In this document: piece after piece, positions 11,763 through 22,651 of the stretch
How the letters are laid out: every line of letters begins with the position of its first letter
How positions within the stretch are numbered: the stretch's first letter is position 1
Assembly (NCBI GenBank): GCA_026023565.1
Contig: JAPETS010000003.1
Location: forward strand, 62,001 to 126,000
Origin: Cirrosporium novae-zelandiae
Lineage: Eukaryota
Length of the DNA: 64,000 nucleotides
Reading direction: 5' to 3'
The notes under the pieces: model-generated
What the model was told of the DNA's origin: nothing
The model's database searches: none
The model's input: the letters and a program-made list of their open reading frames with translations, nothing else
Translations under genes and position numbers: made by a program

Positions 11763-12995
11763 TTAGCAACCATGAATATGCGCACAAACAGCAAACATCA
11801 TCATCCCAAATTCATCCACCGACTGTACCCATCGATCAATCCTCTTCCGTCGTTCAGGAGAACCAGTCTCTGGTGATCTCCACAACTCCGAGATATAAAG
11901 CTCCTCTCCTTCCCATATTGAGAGATGGTGGTCATATTCTCGTTCCCAGATGCTCCTTGTACAAGCTTCCCATAATACCTTGCTTGCTGGGGCAGGAAGA
12001 CCCCTCAATTCTTCTGCAATATACACAGGGACTGAGTTAACTGTATTGAATATACTGTTGAATAGGTACATAGTATATATAGCACGTCTCTTTGTAGATG
12101 CTACAATCCAGGACTCCCATTGTGGTCGGGAGCGGGAAAGCTCTGCTGCACAGACAAGTCCTGTTGTGGAAACTCGGGAAGCAAGCTCCTGGAGGTGTGC
12201 CATTGTTGTTTGATTGACCAGACCTATTCCTTCTGCGGGTGAGAAAAATGCCATGATGGCATAAATAATAAAAGCTTGAAAGGCGGCCAGAAGTTCCATT
12301 TGGCCGTAAGTTTGATGCTACTAAGGTCAGCTGGGCTCGGAATTCCCGGAGAACTATGAACAGTATACCTCCTCAAGAAGTCTCGCCATCTCTCGCTGTA
12401 CTGTCGCAGTAACTATAGCCTCGCTCCCGGTTTCCCGCCCTTCCCACATCCGAATTAGACTGTAGCAGTTGGCTAGAGGTAGTGGCATCTGTTGACCTTT
12501 GATTTGCAAAGGATGGATTATGGGAGGTAAGCCTCCAGGGCGAAGCATGCATTTCGGATATGTTCTCAAGACACAGGAAAGATATTGTATAGTGTATGGC
12601 TGAAGTGCCTTGGGTCTCTGGTTAGATGAAGGGATAAAGTATTCTAGCCATCGGCTACCGATTTGGGTGCTGTCAGTATTAGAGACTAGATCAATTTTCG
12701 AGAAGTCTGGTCTGATCAATCTGGAATCGGTCTCTTCATTCTGTATACGTGGAGAATTTTGGCTAACAACAGCGTTATTCTGATCAGGTGGACTGGCCAG
12801 CGACGATGGTGACGGTATTCCAAGTTCATTTGTCGGTTGAGGGCTAAAGTTGAAGGTACTCCCTCCAAGGGTAGTGTAACGGCAGTAAAGGTTTCTGAAG
12901 GCGCATCTTGAGCAGGTCGGTCTCTCAAGGTCACACCTAGCCTTTGAATCCGTACATTGTTTGCAGGCTTTCTTTCTAGACGAGGTTCTTTTCAT
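11763..12995 (-). CDS. Zn(II)2Cys6 fungal transcription factor
   Basis: SRKKACKQCTDSKARCDLERPTCSRCAFRNLYCRY binuclear cluster; intron 12318-12368 joins ORFs 12354..12995 and 11763..12299 in frame; C-terminal WESWIVASTKRR region. Confidence 0.92.
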
Positions 12996-13600
12996 TCTGA
13001 ATGTTTTCTCCCGTTCTTCAGTAACGACAGAGTTTATTCCATGAGATGGGGGTTATACGATCATCCGTGATTGAGGCCCAAAGTAAACTTTGGTAAGGCG
13101 AGTGAAGAAGATAATAAATAAACACAAGGTCAATATTCTACAACACCAGTTCTTGTTTATCGTAGTTTATCTTGGTGATAAAATAATTCTGATACTGAAG
13201 TTGAAGCCAACTAGAAAGGCTGGATCTACCCGATGCTCTCTACTACCTAGGTAGGTACTCTACGAGCTTCTTACACTCAAGATGTGGTCCGTGCGGATCA
13301 GGGTTTATACCCTAAAAGATACGCCAATAACCTATTGGGGTATAGCCTGGATACACAACAAATCTACCAAGATATAACGACAACCAGCCAGCCTATACAA
13401 TACACCAGCTCGTTTGATTGAAAATCTATAGCAACAAGTTTGGCCATGTTCTGCATTTAACTTCTACTTCTACTTTCGCTTGATTTTAACCCCAGTTATT
13501 GCATAGCTGTAGCTATGAAGTGGAACAGGGGAAATACAAAAGGGGACTTTTGTGGGCTGATTCAAGGATTGCAAGAGCTAAGACGACTGTACTGAATTTG

Positions 13601-13720
13601 TACGCAACCTATACGCAGCCTTCATGCAGTCCATATGCAGTATGTCGATGATGCTAGACAAATCGTTCCGGAGTTCCAAGGCGGTAAGTCCGGAGTTCCG
13701 TTACCGACTCCGTACTGCCG
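13601..13720. promoter_or_regulatory. Candidate Zn2Cys6 binding region in the divergent TF/MFS promoter
   Basis: TCCGGAGTTCC occurs twice (13667-13677 and 13689-13699) among further CGG/CCG triplets, preceded by four imperfect 11-bp repeats (13601-13643). Confidence 0.35.
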
Positions 13721-13843
13721 TCATAAAGTCCCTGAGATATAATCAATGAATAGCAAGTATGCCCTTCAGCAATAGATTATAAAAAAATAAAGAATTTCAT
13801 GCTCATTGAAATAATGAATTAATATCTACACTTCATTTTCAAA

Positions 13844-15373
13844 ATGGCTGGGAACGATGTCAAGCAGGAAGGCTCAAATCAGCATGAGTGCTCAACCATC
13901 GACCCAGTTCAACTTCCATACAGCATCTTCACCTCTCGCCAAAAAGCCCTTATTGTTGCGATTATTTCTACCGCCGCAATGTTTTCTGGCTTCGCATCCA
14001 ACATTTACTTCCCTGCCATCCCAACAATTGCATCCGATCTTTCAGTGTCAACCGAGCTTATCAACCTTACCGTTACGTCGTACATGATCTTTCAGGGCCT
14101 CTCCCCCACTCTCTGGGGCGCCCTTGCAGACTTCCAGGGTCGTAGGATCACATATATTTGTACTCTTCTCATCTTTTTTGGTGCCTGTGTTGGTCTAGCA
14201 GAGACAAAATATTTTTATCAGCTCTTGATATTAAGATGTCTGCAGAGCACAGGAAGCGCCAGCACGATTGCCATTGGTGCAGGTGTGATGGGAGACATTA
14301 CCACACGCGACGAGAGAGGTGGATATATGGGGGTATTCGGGGCTGGATTGTTAGTACCCTTAGCCGTTGGACCGGTTCTCGGAGGGGTTTTTGCAGGAAC
14401 AATTGGGTGGAGGGCCATCTTCTGGTTCCTAGCGATTTTCAGTGGGGCATTTCTTATCATCCTCATTATATTCCTACCAGAAACACTGCGCTCTCATGTC
14501 GGTAACGGCTCTCTCCCTGCCAAGGGGCTTGCAAAATCCCCTCTAGCCTATATCCAACGACGCCGCCATCATTCCAAAACCAGCATTGCACCACCCTCCT
14601 TACCCCTCTACAGCAAAAAACCGAAACCCAAACTCGATTTTTTAGCCCCCCTCCGGGTCCTAACCGGCAAATCAGTCATCAGCGCCATTCTATTCCTCTC
14701 TATCTATTACGCTGTCTGGCAAATGACCGTCACGGCCCTCTCCACCCTCTTCAAGCGCACCTACCACCTCACAGAAATCCAAATCGGACTCACTTTCATT
14801 GCCAACGGCGTCGGCTGCATAATCGGTACTCTCACCAACGGCAGATTCCTAGATATTTCTTACCGCCGCCTCAAGCGCCAGTGGGAATCCGAACTTACGG
14901 GTCAGGAAGACCCCTTGTCATCATCTTCTTCTTCTTTCCCTCTTGAGCGCGCCCGCCTAGGCACCCTCTGGTATTGGAGTGCCCTCCAGTGCATCGCCGT
15001 CTTAATTTTTGGCTGGACCCTCGATCAGCGAGTTCACATCGCAGTCCCCATCATCTGTACCTTCGTACTCGGATGGACAGCCATTTCGCTCCAAAACGCC
15101 GTCACGACTTATCTGGTAGACGTCTTCCCCACTCGTGGCGCGAGTGCCAGTGCAGCGTTGAATCTAGCTCGATGTCTGATGGGGGCTGGTGGCACCGCAG
15201 CAATTATGCCGATTACAAATGCGTTAGGCGTGGGGTGGTGCTTTACAATGTGGACGGGGGTCATGTTGTTAGCGTTAGGGTTGCTGAAGGTTCAGATGAG
15301 ATGGGGTCCTAGGTGGAGGAGGGAAATAGAGGAGAAGGAAAAGGGGGGCCGTACAAATGATGGTGGGGATTGA
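13844..15373 (+). CDS. MFS drug:H+ antiporter (DHA1 family, QDR-like)
   Basis: 509-aa intronless ORF with ~12 hydrophobic segments; PYSIFT, SNIYFPAIP, WGALADFQGRR, ERGGYMG, GWRAIFWFL, FLPETLR and PLERARL motifs. Confidence 0.95.
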   Translation: MAGNDVKQEGSNQHECSTIDPVQLPYSIFTSRQKALIVAIISTAAMFSGFASNIYFPAIPTIASDLSVSTELINLTVTSYMIFQGLSPTLWGALADFQGRRITYICTLLIFFGACVGLAETKYFYQLLILRCLQSTGSASTIAIGAGVMGDITTRDERGGYMGVFGAGLLVPLAVGPVLGGVFAGTIGWRAIFWFLAIFSGAFLIILIIFLPETLRSHVGNGSLPAKGLAKSPLAYIQRRRHHSKTSIAPPSLPLYSKKPKPKLDFLAPLRVLTGKSVISAILFLSIYYAVWQMTVTALSTLFKRTYHLTEIQIGLTFIANGVGCIIGTLTNGRFLDISYRRLKRQWESELTGQEDPLSSSSSSFPLERARLGTLWYWSALQCIAVLIFGWTLDQRVHIAVPIICTFVLGWTAISLQNAVTTYLVDVFPTRGASASAALNLARCLMGAGGTAAIMPITNALGVGWCFTMWTGVMLLALGLLKVQMRWGPRWRREIEEKEKGGRTNDGGD

Positions 15374-15601
15374 GGTGTTTTTTGTCTTTGGTCTTGATAC
15401 GCACTGTACACTTCGTTATGTAACTAGTAGTATCAGCTATGTGAATCCGACAAGATATTTATCACTTATCATGCGAATACACAACACCTACCACAAGTAT
15501 TAAAACCCCTTTCATCTTCCCATAATCCACCTTCAACCCATCCGACCAGCCTTCCATTAACCCGAACATAACAATGCACCCTTCACCCCTTTTCAGTACC
15601 A

Positions 15602-15661
15602 GTGTTGTCAATAGACTAGACCGACCAGATCAAGGGGGTCGGTCTGGTCTATTGACGACAC
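15602..15661. repeat. Hairpin with 25-bp arms, GACCA family
   Basis: Left arm GTGTTGTCAATAGACTAGACCGACC (15602-15626); right arm 15637-15661 reverse-complements to GTGTCGTCAATAGACCAGACCGACC (2 mismatches, 10-nt spacer). Confidence 0.75.
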
Positions 15662-17814
15662 CCCTCTTCACCACCACAACAATCTCCATCCTAACCCTCC
15701 TCCTCACCCACGCCCACGTCCACCCAACGCCCACCAAACACCCACAGACAACATCAAAAACCCTCATCCCCTAGCCACAGCTCCTACTTCCAAGAAGCCA
15801 ACTGCTGCTGCTGCTGCATCAATAGGAACAGAAGCATTGAAATCATCAGCATCAATACCACTCCTCTCCTCCCATCCTTAAACCTCAGAAACCAGACATC
15901 AACCCCCCCCCCTCTCCTCTTCACAAACCATACCCCCTCAAACCCATTCCCCAACCCCATACATCCAACCCACATACATATATACCAACCCCCCCGGCCA
16001 AAAAAAAAAACCAAAACCACATTCAACTCTATCCCACAAGAATAAAAACAAGAAAGCCATGAATCTACAAAATATTTTGATAACAATTTGGAGCTTGCGG
16101 CAGAAGTGCATGAATTCGTTCATTTATCTATTCATTGAAATGTATTTCATGTTTTGAACATAACCAGAACTTTTCCTCAGTGAGAGAGGTGAGAGAGGTG
16201 AGAGAGAGAGGGGGGGGGGGGGTTGTTGTTGTAGTCATCATTATATAAATAGATATATCGTCACCTGGACAGATACCACATGGATATAAACAACTCAACT
16301 TAAAAATATTCCCTACTACTACTACTAACTGCTATTACTCCAAAATTCATCCCTAACATACATAAATGCCAATATCATAAAAAAACCCCCAAATTTATTT
16401 ATTCATTCATTTATTTATTTAGAAAAAAAAAATGCAAATGTGTCAAGGTGCCCTTTTTTTTCCTTTCTCCCTTTTATCCCTGTCTCCTTAAAATAGAAGC
16501 AAGGACCAAGGAATAATGGAGGGGGGGGCTTAAAAAAAGATAGATAGATAGGGATAAAGATGAAGATAAATTTGATTGATTTTGATTTTGATTCTATAAG
16601 TAAGTAAGTAAAGTGCGAATAGTAAAGGGTAAAGAAAAGGGCGAGTGAGTTCTAGATATATGATATTCTACATGGGACGGGACTGTTAGTAGAAGCTTCG
16701 GGAGTGAGGAGGGGAGGTGGTTCAATTATTTCATTGTTCAATCGCAAAATTTACGATTACAATTTCATCTAACCCAGTACCTATATACCTATACACCTAT
16801 TTATTTATTTACTGCTTAGATATAAGTAGAAAGTAGAAAAGAAAATAAAAAGTATACATACATATATACATATATCTATCTTCAATTATAAAAACCCGAA
16901 CCCCCTCCCTCCCTCCCCACCACATACCTTTCCCATCCCATAACCATCCAATCAACAATCCAAAACCCCCCCTTATCCATCTATCCATCCATCCACCTAA
17001 CAATTTATTCATTTTCACATATCAATGATTAAACTAGCCAAATAGCCTTTTTTTTTTTTTTATCCGATTACGGGTATTGTATCCAGGATATTACTAATTA
17101 TAGTCTAGGGAGCTAAGGGAAACTATCTATGGGAACTAAATTATGTATGTAAACTATTTATTTATTAATCAACTGATTTGATTTGATTTGATTTGATTGG
17201 TGCTGGCGGTAGAAGGTTGGAGATGGAAGGTGGGGGGTATTCTAATTATCGTTTTGTTTCCCGTTTCTCGTTTCCCGTTTCCCGTTTCCCGTTCGCATAC
17301 TTCTTACATGTGCATGCGTGTGCAATGTGAGGGAAAGAAAAAAAGGACGCGGGAGAGACATACAGTACTTACTCGAGTACATGATTATTAGTTCCCAGAC
17401 CTAATTTTTTTTTTTTTATACTTATTGTGGTAGTGATTAAATTACTTGATTGATTCTGGTGTACAGTAGATATTTCCGGCTAATTATGGGTTATCTGTAT
17501 GTTGGTTTGGGGGGCGGAGGGGAGGGGGGGTTCATGGACTTGATTAAGGTGAAGTGGGGTGAGGGATGGTTCGTTCGTGAGTTATCCTATCTAGGTATCT
17601 ATCTAGACTATCTAGACTATCTATTATATTTATTACTATTCCTCAATTGAGCGGTTACATATATATCTATATCTATATATTCTTTGCTTCCCTTTCTTCT
17701 TCATATATTTTATTAATAGACTCGACAACCCATTGATCGAATCTTTATTTATTTTTTTATTATTTTTATTTATTTATTACATCACCCCCCCCCCCCACAC
17801 CCATCATCATAACC

Positions 17815-18976
17815 ATGGCAGCAGCACCAAACACCCTCCACTACGTACGTACAATCCCTTCCCCCCCCCCTCCCTCCTCATTCACCCCCTCATTCACTCC
17901 CCCATTGACATTCCCAAAAGACCCTCATCGACGCCATGACCTCAACCCCCTTCACCGGAAACCCCACTCCCGTATTTATTCTCGACGATGGTGAAAATAC
18001 ATGTGAAAATTGGTTAGGAAGTGATGTTATGCAAAAGCTTGCTGGGTATGCAACCACCACCATATTTTTTGTAATTCTGTTTTTTTGTTTTGTTTTTTGG
18101 TGAGAGGAGAGGGGGCAGAATGGAAGCTAAAAAAAAAGGGGAAATTTTTTTTAAAGGGAAATGAATCATTCTGAAACGGCTTTTGTGCGACGACGACAAC
18201 GAGCGGGGGGAGATGATGATGGAAATGTGGTATATGATATTCGATGGTACACCCCCACGGCTGAGGAGCCGTTCTGCGGACATGGGATCCTAGCAGCAAC
18301 GATCGCATTGCACGAGCGGTATGGAGAGAAGAAAAATTATAGATTTGAAACAGTTAAGGGGGCTTTGGTTGATGCTCATGTCGTTTCTTCCTCTTCTTCT
18401 TCTTCTCCCAACCCCACCACCACCTACACAATCCAAATGACATTCCCCTCATTCCCCATCACAACTCCCCTATCCTCCCCCTCCACAAAAACGAAATTCG
18501 CAACCGCCCTAAACATCAAACCCTCGGCGATCGTAGCAATCGGGAAAAACGAATTGCAGGATTTAATTATCGAGCTGGATAAGGGGGTTGATTTTTCGGA
18601 TGGGAGGATGCGGATTGATGCGGGGAAATTGCTGGAGGCGAGTCCGAAAGAAGTGAGGAGTCAGGTTGTTACGAGGGCTGTTACTGGAAAGGGGTTTGAG
18701 AAGAGGGTTTTTGCGTATGGGAGTGAGGATCAGGCTACTGGGTCGACGTATTGTGCGTTGGGTCCGTATTGGGGGGATAGGCTTGGGAGGAGAGAGGCGT
18801 TGAGGGCGGTGCAGGTTTCTAGGAGGGGTGGGGGGGCGGAGGTGGAGTGTTATGGTGTGGGTGGTGATGGTGGGGGGGAGGTTATTGGGGTAAAGGCGGA
18901 TGGGGTTGTGGTTGGTTTCGGGGATATTGTTTTACCGGTTGGTGAGGGAGAGAGGAAGCTGTTGGCGAAGCTTTAG
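17815..18976 (+). CDS. PhzF/PhzC-like (diaminopimelate epimerase fold) isomerase
   Basis: Introns 17845-17920 and 18046-18156 give MAAAPNTLHY-TLIDAMTSTPFTGNPTPVF...MQKLAGEMNHSETAFV...IRWYTPTAEEPFCGHGILAA...EDQATGS. Confidence 0.88.
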
Positions 18977-19355
18977 GAATGAGGTTTGTGTTTTTGAGGA
19001 GGTTGCTGGTTCCAGGGCGGGGGGGTGTTGGTGGATGGGTTGTTGGTACCGGTTTTATGCTTTTTTGTTTATTGATTTAGTGGACGGTTTATGGGTAGAG
19101 TAGTTGGGATGCTAGGTATCTCCAGATAGGGTGATTAGTTTGTTTGAACACTTAAAGTAATAGTAAACCAATCAAGCAACTGATTGATTATTCATTTAAT
19201 TTTCCTCGCATCTAATTCTTGCGTTGTAGCATCTTCATCGCAACCACAGCACAACACTGCGGTCACTATACCTGTGGGAGTGTATTGCTGCATGCTCATA
19301 GGAGTCTGTAGATGTCGAGGAATGGGGGTAGCCTGAATTAACAAGGGCATCTAGA

Positions 19356-19892
19356 TTATAGTATAGAGCCATAATCCACTTCGTTCCAATCAGCAGCCCA
19401 GTATTTTTTATACATATTCCCCTTTTTAACATGGATCTTAAATGGGTTCAGATGCAGTGGATGTTCGACGAAGCTATCTTGCGTTGATCGAAAGGTAATT
19501 GTAGTCAATCCCTTTCTTTCTAGTTGATACCATATACGAAGGTCATGCCCAAATCCAAAAGGTTTATCTAACTTTAAGTTCTACCCAAAAGGGGTACGAT
19601 ATACCTTCCTCTTTCTTCCTTTTATCACTCCCACAATTGCTGTTTTGATGGTAAGATTTAATCTTTCATCATCATTAGCTGCTGTTCTAGTCCCCGACAA
19701 AAACTCGTCGCTAATATCATCTTCCTTTTTGTCTGATAGTGGTGCTTCAGATCCTCCTGGCATCTCTCCAGATCTTACTTGACATATACAAGTCCTTTCC
19801 AGATCCAGGAATGTTGCACCAGATGCTCCATCGGCCGCGACATACAACTGTGTTTGGCACCCAATACCCTCAGTTTGATTGCACCTGTACAA
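19356..19892 (-). pseudogene. Possible decayed gene of unknown family
   Basis: ORF 19581..19892 reads on past its TAG for about 74 more codons in the same frame (NLKLDKPFGFGHDLRIWYQLERK...KKYWAADWNEVDYGSIL*). No motif recognised. Confidence 0.3.
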
Positions 19893-21014
19893 ACTTTAGG
19901 TTCGCAGAAAGAACGCTCCAGATTCCCATTAACGTTGGCCCAATAGAGGGTTTGGTGTAATGGAATTGATTGAGAAGAAGCCATGACTTTAGAGCAGGCA
20001 GTCCGTGCTCGACCACAACCTCAGATGGCCAATTAAGAGCCTCCTTCATTCGAGCGGTAATGTGAATCTTTTTCTTGTGCTAACGTGAGTTAACCATTGG
20101 GGATTCTCTTGCCTATGGGGAGCTTTAGAAATGATCTTAGATTCTGCTACCCGGGGGGTTGCCTTGAAGTAGAGAAGCAGAACACCGTCCCGTATTGATC
20201 GGTGCAATTCCTACTAAAATGCGACTTCAAAGAGAGCAGTTGGCATTTTGGACGACTTTTGATTGATGTGTTTGCTGAAGCAGACTTTTGTTTGGAAATA
20301 TTGTGGGATCGTTAATTGCTCATCGGGTTTATAGCTGTCTTTCATTGAAAGAATTCCTGTACGGTTAGATACCAAAGCTAATTATCCCCGATGAATCTGA
20401 GTTTATTCCAAACGAAACCACAAAAGAAATGAGCATATGAACTATGTACGCATCAAACATACGTAAGATCATTTCACGAAAAGTAGAAGAGATGAGCACG
20501 ACTCGTCTCTTTAGCCATGTGCAAGTATTATTATCCTTCTACTCGTATTTTCTGCAGAGGAAACATGAAGATGAGAATTTCGTAGCCCCTAGGATAAGGG
20601 TTTAAAAGGCCCAAATCAAGCGATTTTGTTGGAAAGGCCATCCAAGGTCATCCTTTGGCTCCGCTTTTGAGCCCAGTCGCTTTTATTTCCATCTATGACC
20701 CATCGAAAGTAACTGCTGTGGATATGGTGGGAGCTGGGTGTCGATATGGAACGTCATTATGTGATATTGTGTGGTAATATATGGGACTTTGGTAACCTAA
20801 TCCGCCGTTAACAAGAAAGACCTAGAATATACGTATATCAACCACCAAAAGCAAATTAAGCAATCATCAGTCCCAAAACCAATCGTTTCTCTATCTTTTT
20901 CTTTCTCTTCAGCAGACCATAACTCACTACCGGGGAGCTATGAAATTATTCTCAGCCAAATACGTCGACACCGTGGCTTTAGAGTTCCGGTGTCTGTACG
21001 CAATCTAGAACCAG

Positions 21015-21264
21015 TTCGTTCAAACCATGACTTCGCACTCCGGTATGGCTATGCTGACAATAAACAGAAGCTCGCCTCAACTATACTTCGTTACAGGAGA
21101 AGATATGAGGTAATTGTCATCAAATCACACTAATAACTTCGTAGTGGTACTGTGGAAGGTTTTCGAGGCCATCTCAGCCCATCTCCAATGAATTCGTTCA
21201 AAGCCATGGTTTGGCAGCTCCTCATATGGTTATGCCAATTAAGGAAACAGAAGGAAACCTCAGC
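21015..21264. repeat. Diverged ~70-bp direct repeat (2 copies)
   Basis: 21015-21081 (TTCGTTCAAACCATGACTTCGCACTCC..TATGGCTATGC..AAACAGAAG..CCTCAAC) aligns with 21193-21264 (TTCGTTCAAAGCCATGGTTTGGCAGCTCC..TATGGTTATGC..AAACAGAAG..CCTCAGC). Confidence 0.55.
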
Positions 21265-22651
21265 AGCCGGTTTACAAGCTCCCCTAGAGGTCTTTGGAAC
21301 CTGCTGCGGGTGGTTCTGTGGGGATTCCCCGGCCTTATGTCGTAAGTACAATCTATTGCGGTTGTAATTGATGTCACTGATTCGTTCCCGCTCCTGTTTC
21401 AGGGCTGCAACCGAGATGGCCTTTTCGGTGGCTAGCCAACGCTTGGTTCGGAATTCAACAGACTGACGACGGCAGTACCGCCGGTTTCCCTTGTGCGGTT
21501 AAGCTAGCACCAAAGATTCATTCATTAGGCCCTCCTGGTTCAACTAGGAACGGACAACCCCCACCAACGACAGCTGTACCGGATATCTTTCTGCAAGCCA
21601 GCTAGTGCCAATCCATCTATTTGGTTACTTTGTCTCACTGCAGTCCTGAAATCAATTCCAATCTAATCATACAGGTTCGACTTCACCTCCAAATATCGCA
21701 CAACAAAGTGGCTAGACCAGGGTCTCCAGATCTTACAACCTGATACCTGCATGACTAGGTAGACGTGTTTATATTCCTATCCATGTCATTTCTCGGGTGG
21801 ATAGGATCAATCAGCAGCGAGAGCTATGAAGAGCGACAGTGAATAAAAAAGAAGTATCAGCAATAGTACAGTTAGCTATCAATAACTTCCTCCATTGCTG
21901 TGCTAATCAGTAATAGAAGGATCGACATATCATCACCATCAGCTTAAATTTCAGGGTCAAGACTTGTGAGGATCAGATTGTAGTGATTGGTTAATGGTTG
22001 ATGGGTTGATGCTTGGAGTAAAAAGTGGAGTTACATTTGAAAAGAACAGAAGTTGCTAAAGAGTTAATGTTCAAGCTAGAAGCACAAGGGTTTTACAGGC
22101 CTAGATGGATAGATGGAAAAATCAATATTGTCCATGTCCATTAATAGGTGGTTGTTGTTTTAAACGTAATTACGCAAGCGATTAAATAGGTTGGTAGTTG
22201 GTTTATGTTACAGGTCCCTGGCCGTTATAACGCTAAGCTCAAAAAGGCTTTAGATATTTACTTCCCTTCGTAAAGTAGTCTAAGTGATAGTCTAATCGAT
22301 AGACTAATCGATAAGTAGCACACCCTAGACTAGTCGAATAAATACTCGGGTTAATGGCCCACAGTACCACTGAGGTACTTGGCGCATACAACAAAAAACA
22401 AATTATAATATTCAAATTTTTATTTCTCAGTTCATTCAATGTGTATGTATATAAATATATCTCCTACATTGGTATCTTCATCATCATGCGCTTCTCTGAA
22501 TGATAGTAGTGTCAATAAAAATCAGGGTTGTCCAGCCCAATAAATCAGTATCCAGCCTCCGGGGGTACTATTGCACCTTTGTACGTACCTACCTTGTCCG
22601 CGAAACACCCAACACCCATCGCATACATAATTCGTAAATCTCTGGTCGGTA

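Noticed and set aside
15574..17650. Short ORFs in low-complexity DNA (also 35033-37185, 41241-41543, 44194-46123, 51941-52168)
   Set aside because: Translations mirror microsatellites and homopolymers; no motifs or splice support.
9264..18976. Secondary-metabolite biosynthetic cluster (SDR, TF, MFS, PhzF-like)
   Set aside because: No PKS, NRPS, terpene synthase or other backbone gene in the window.
21142..22372. 1.2-kb transposon bounded by the AGTGGTACTGTGG inverted match
   Set aside because: Only 13 bp, no target-site duplication and no transposase remnant; could be chance.
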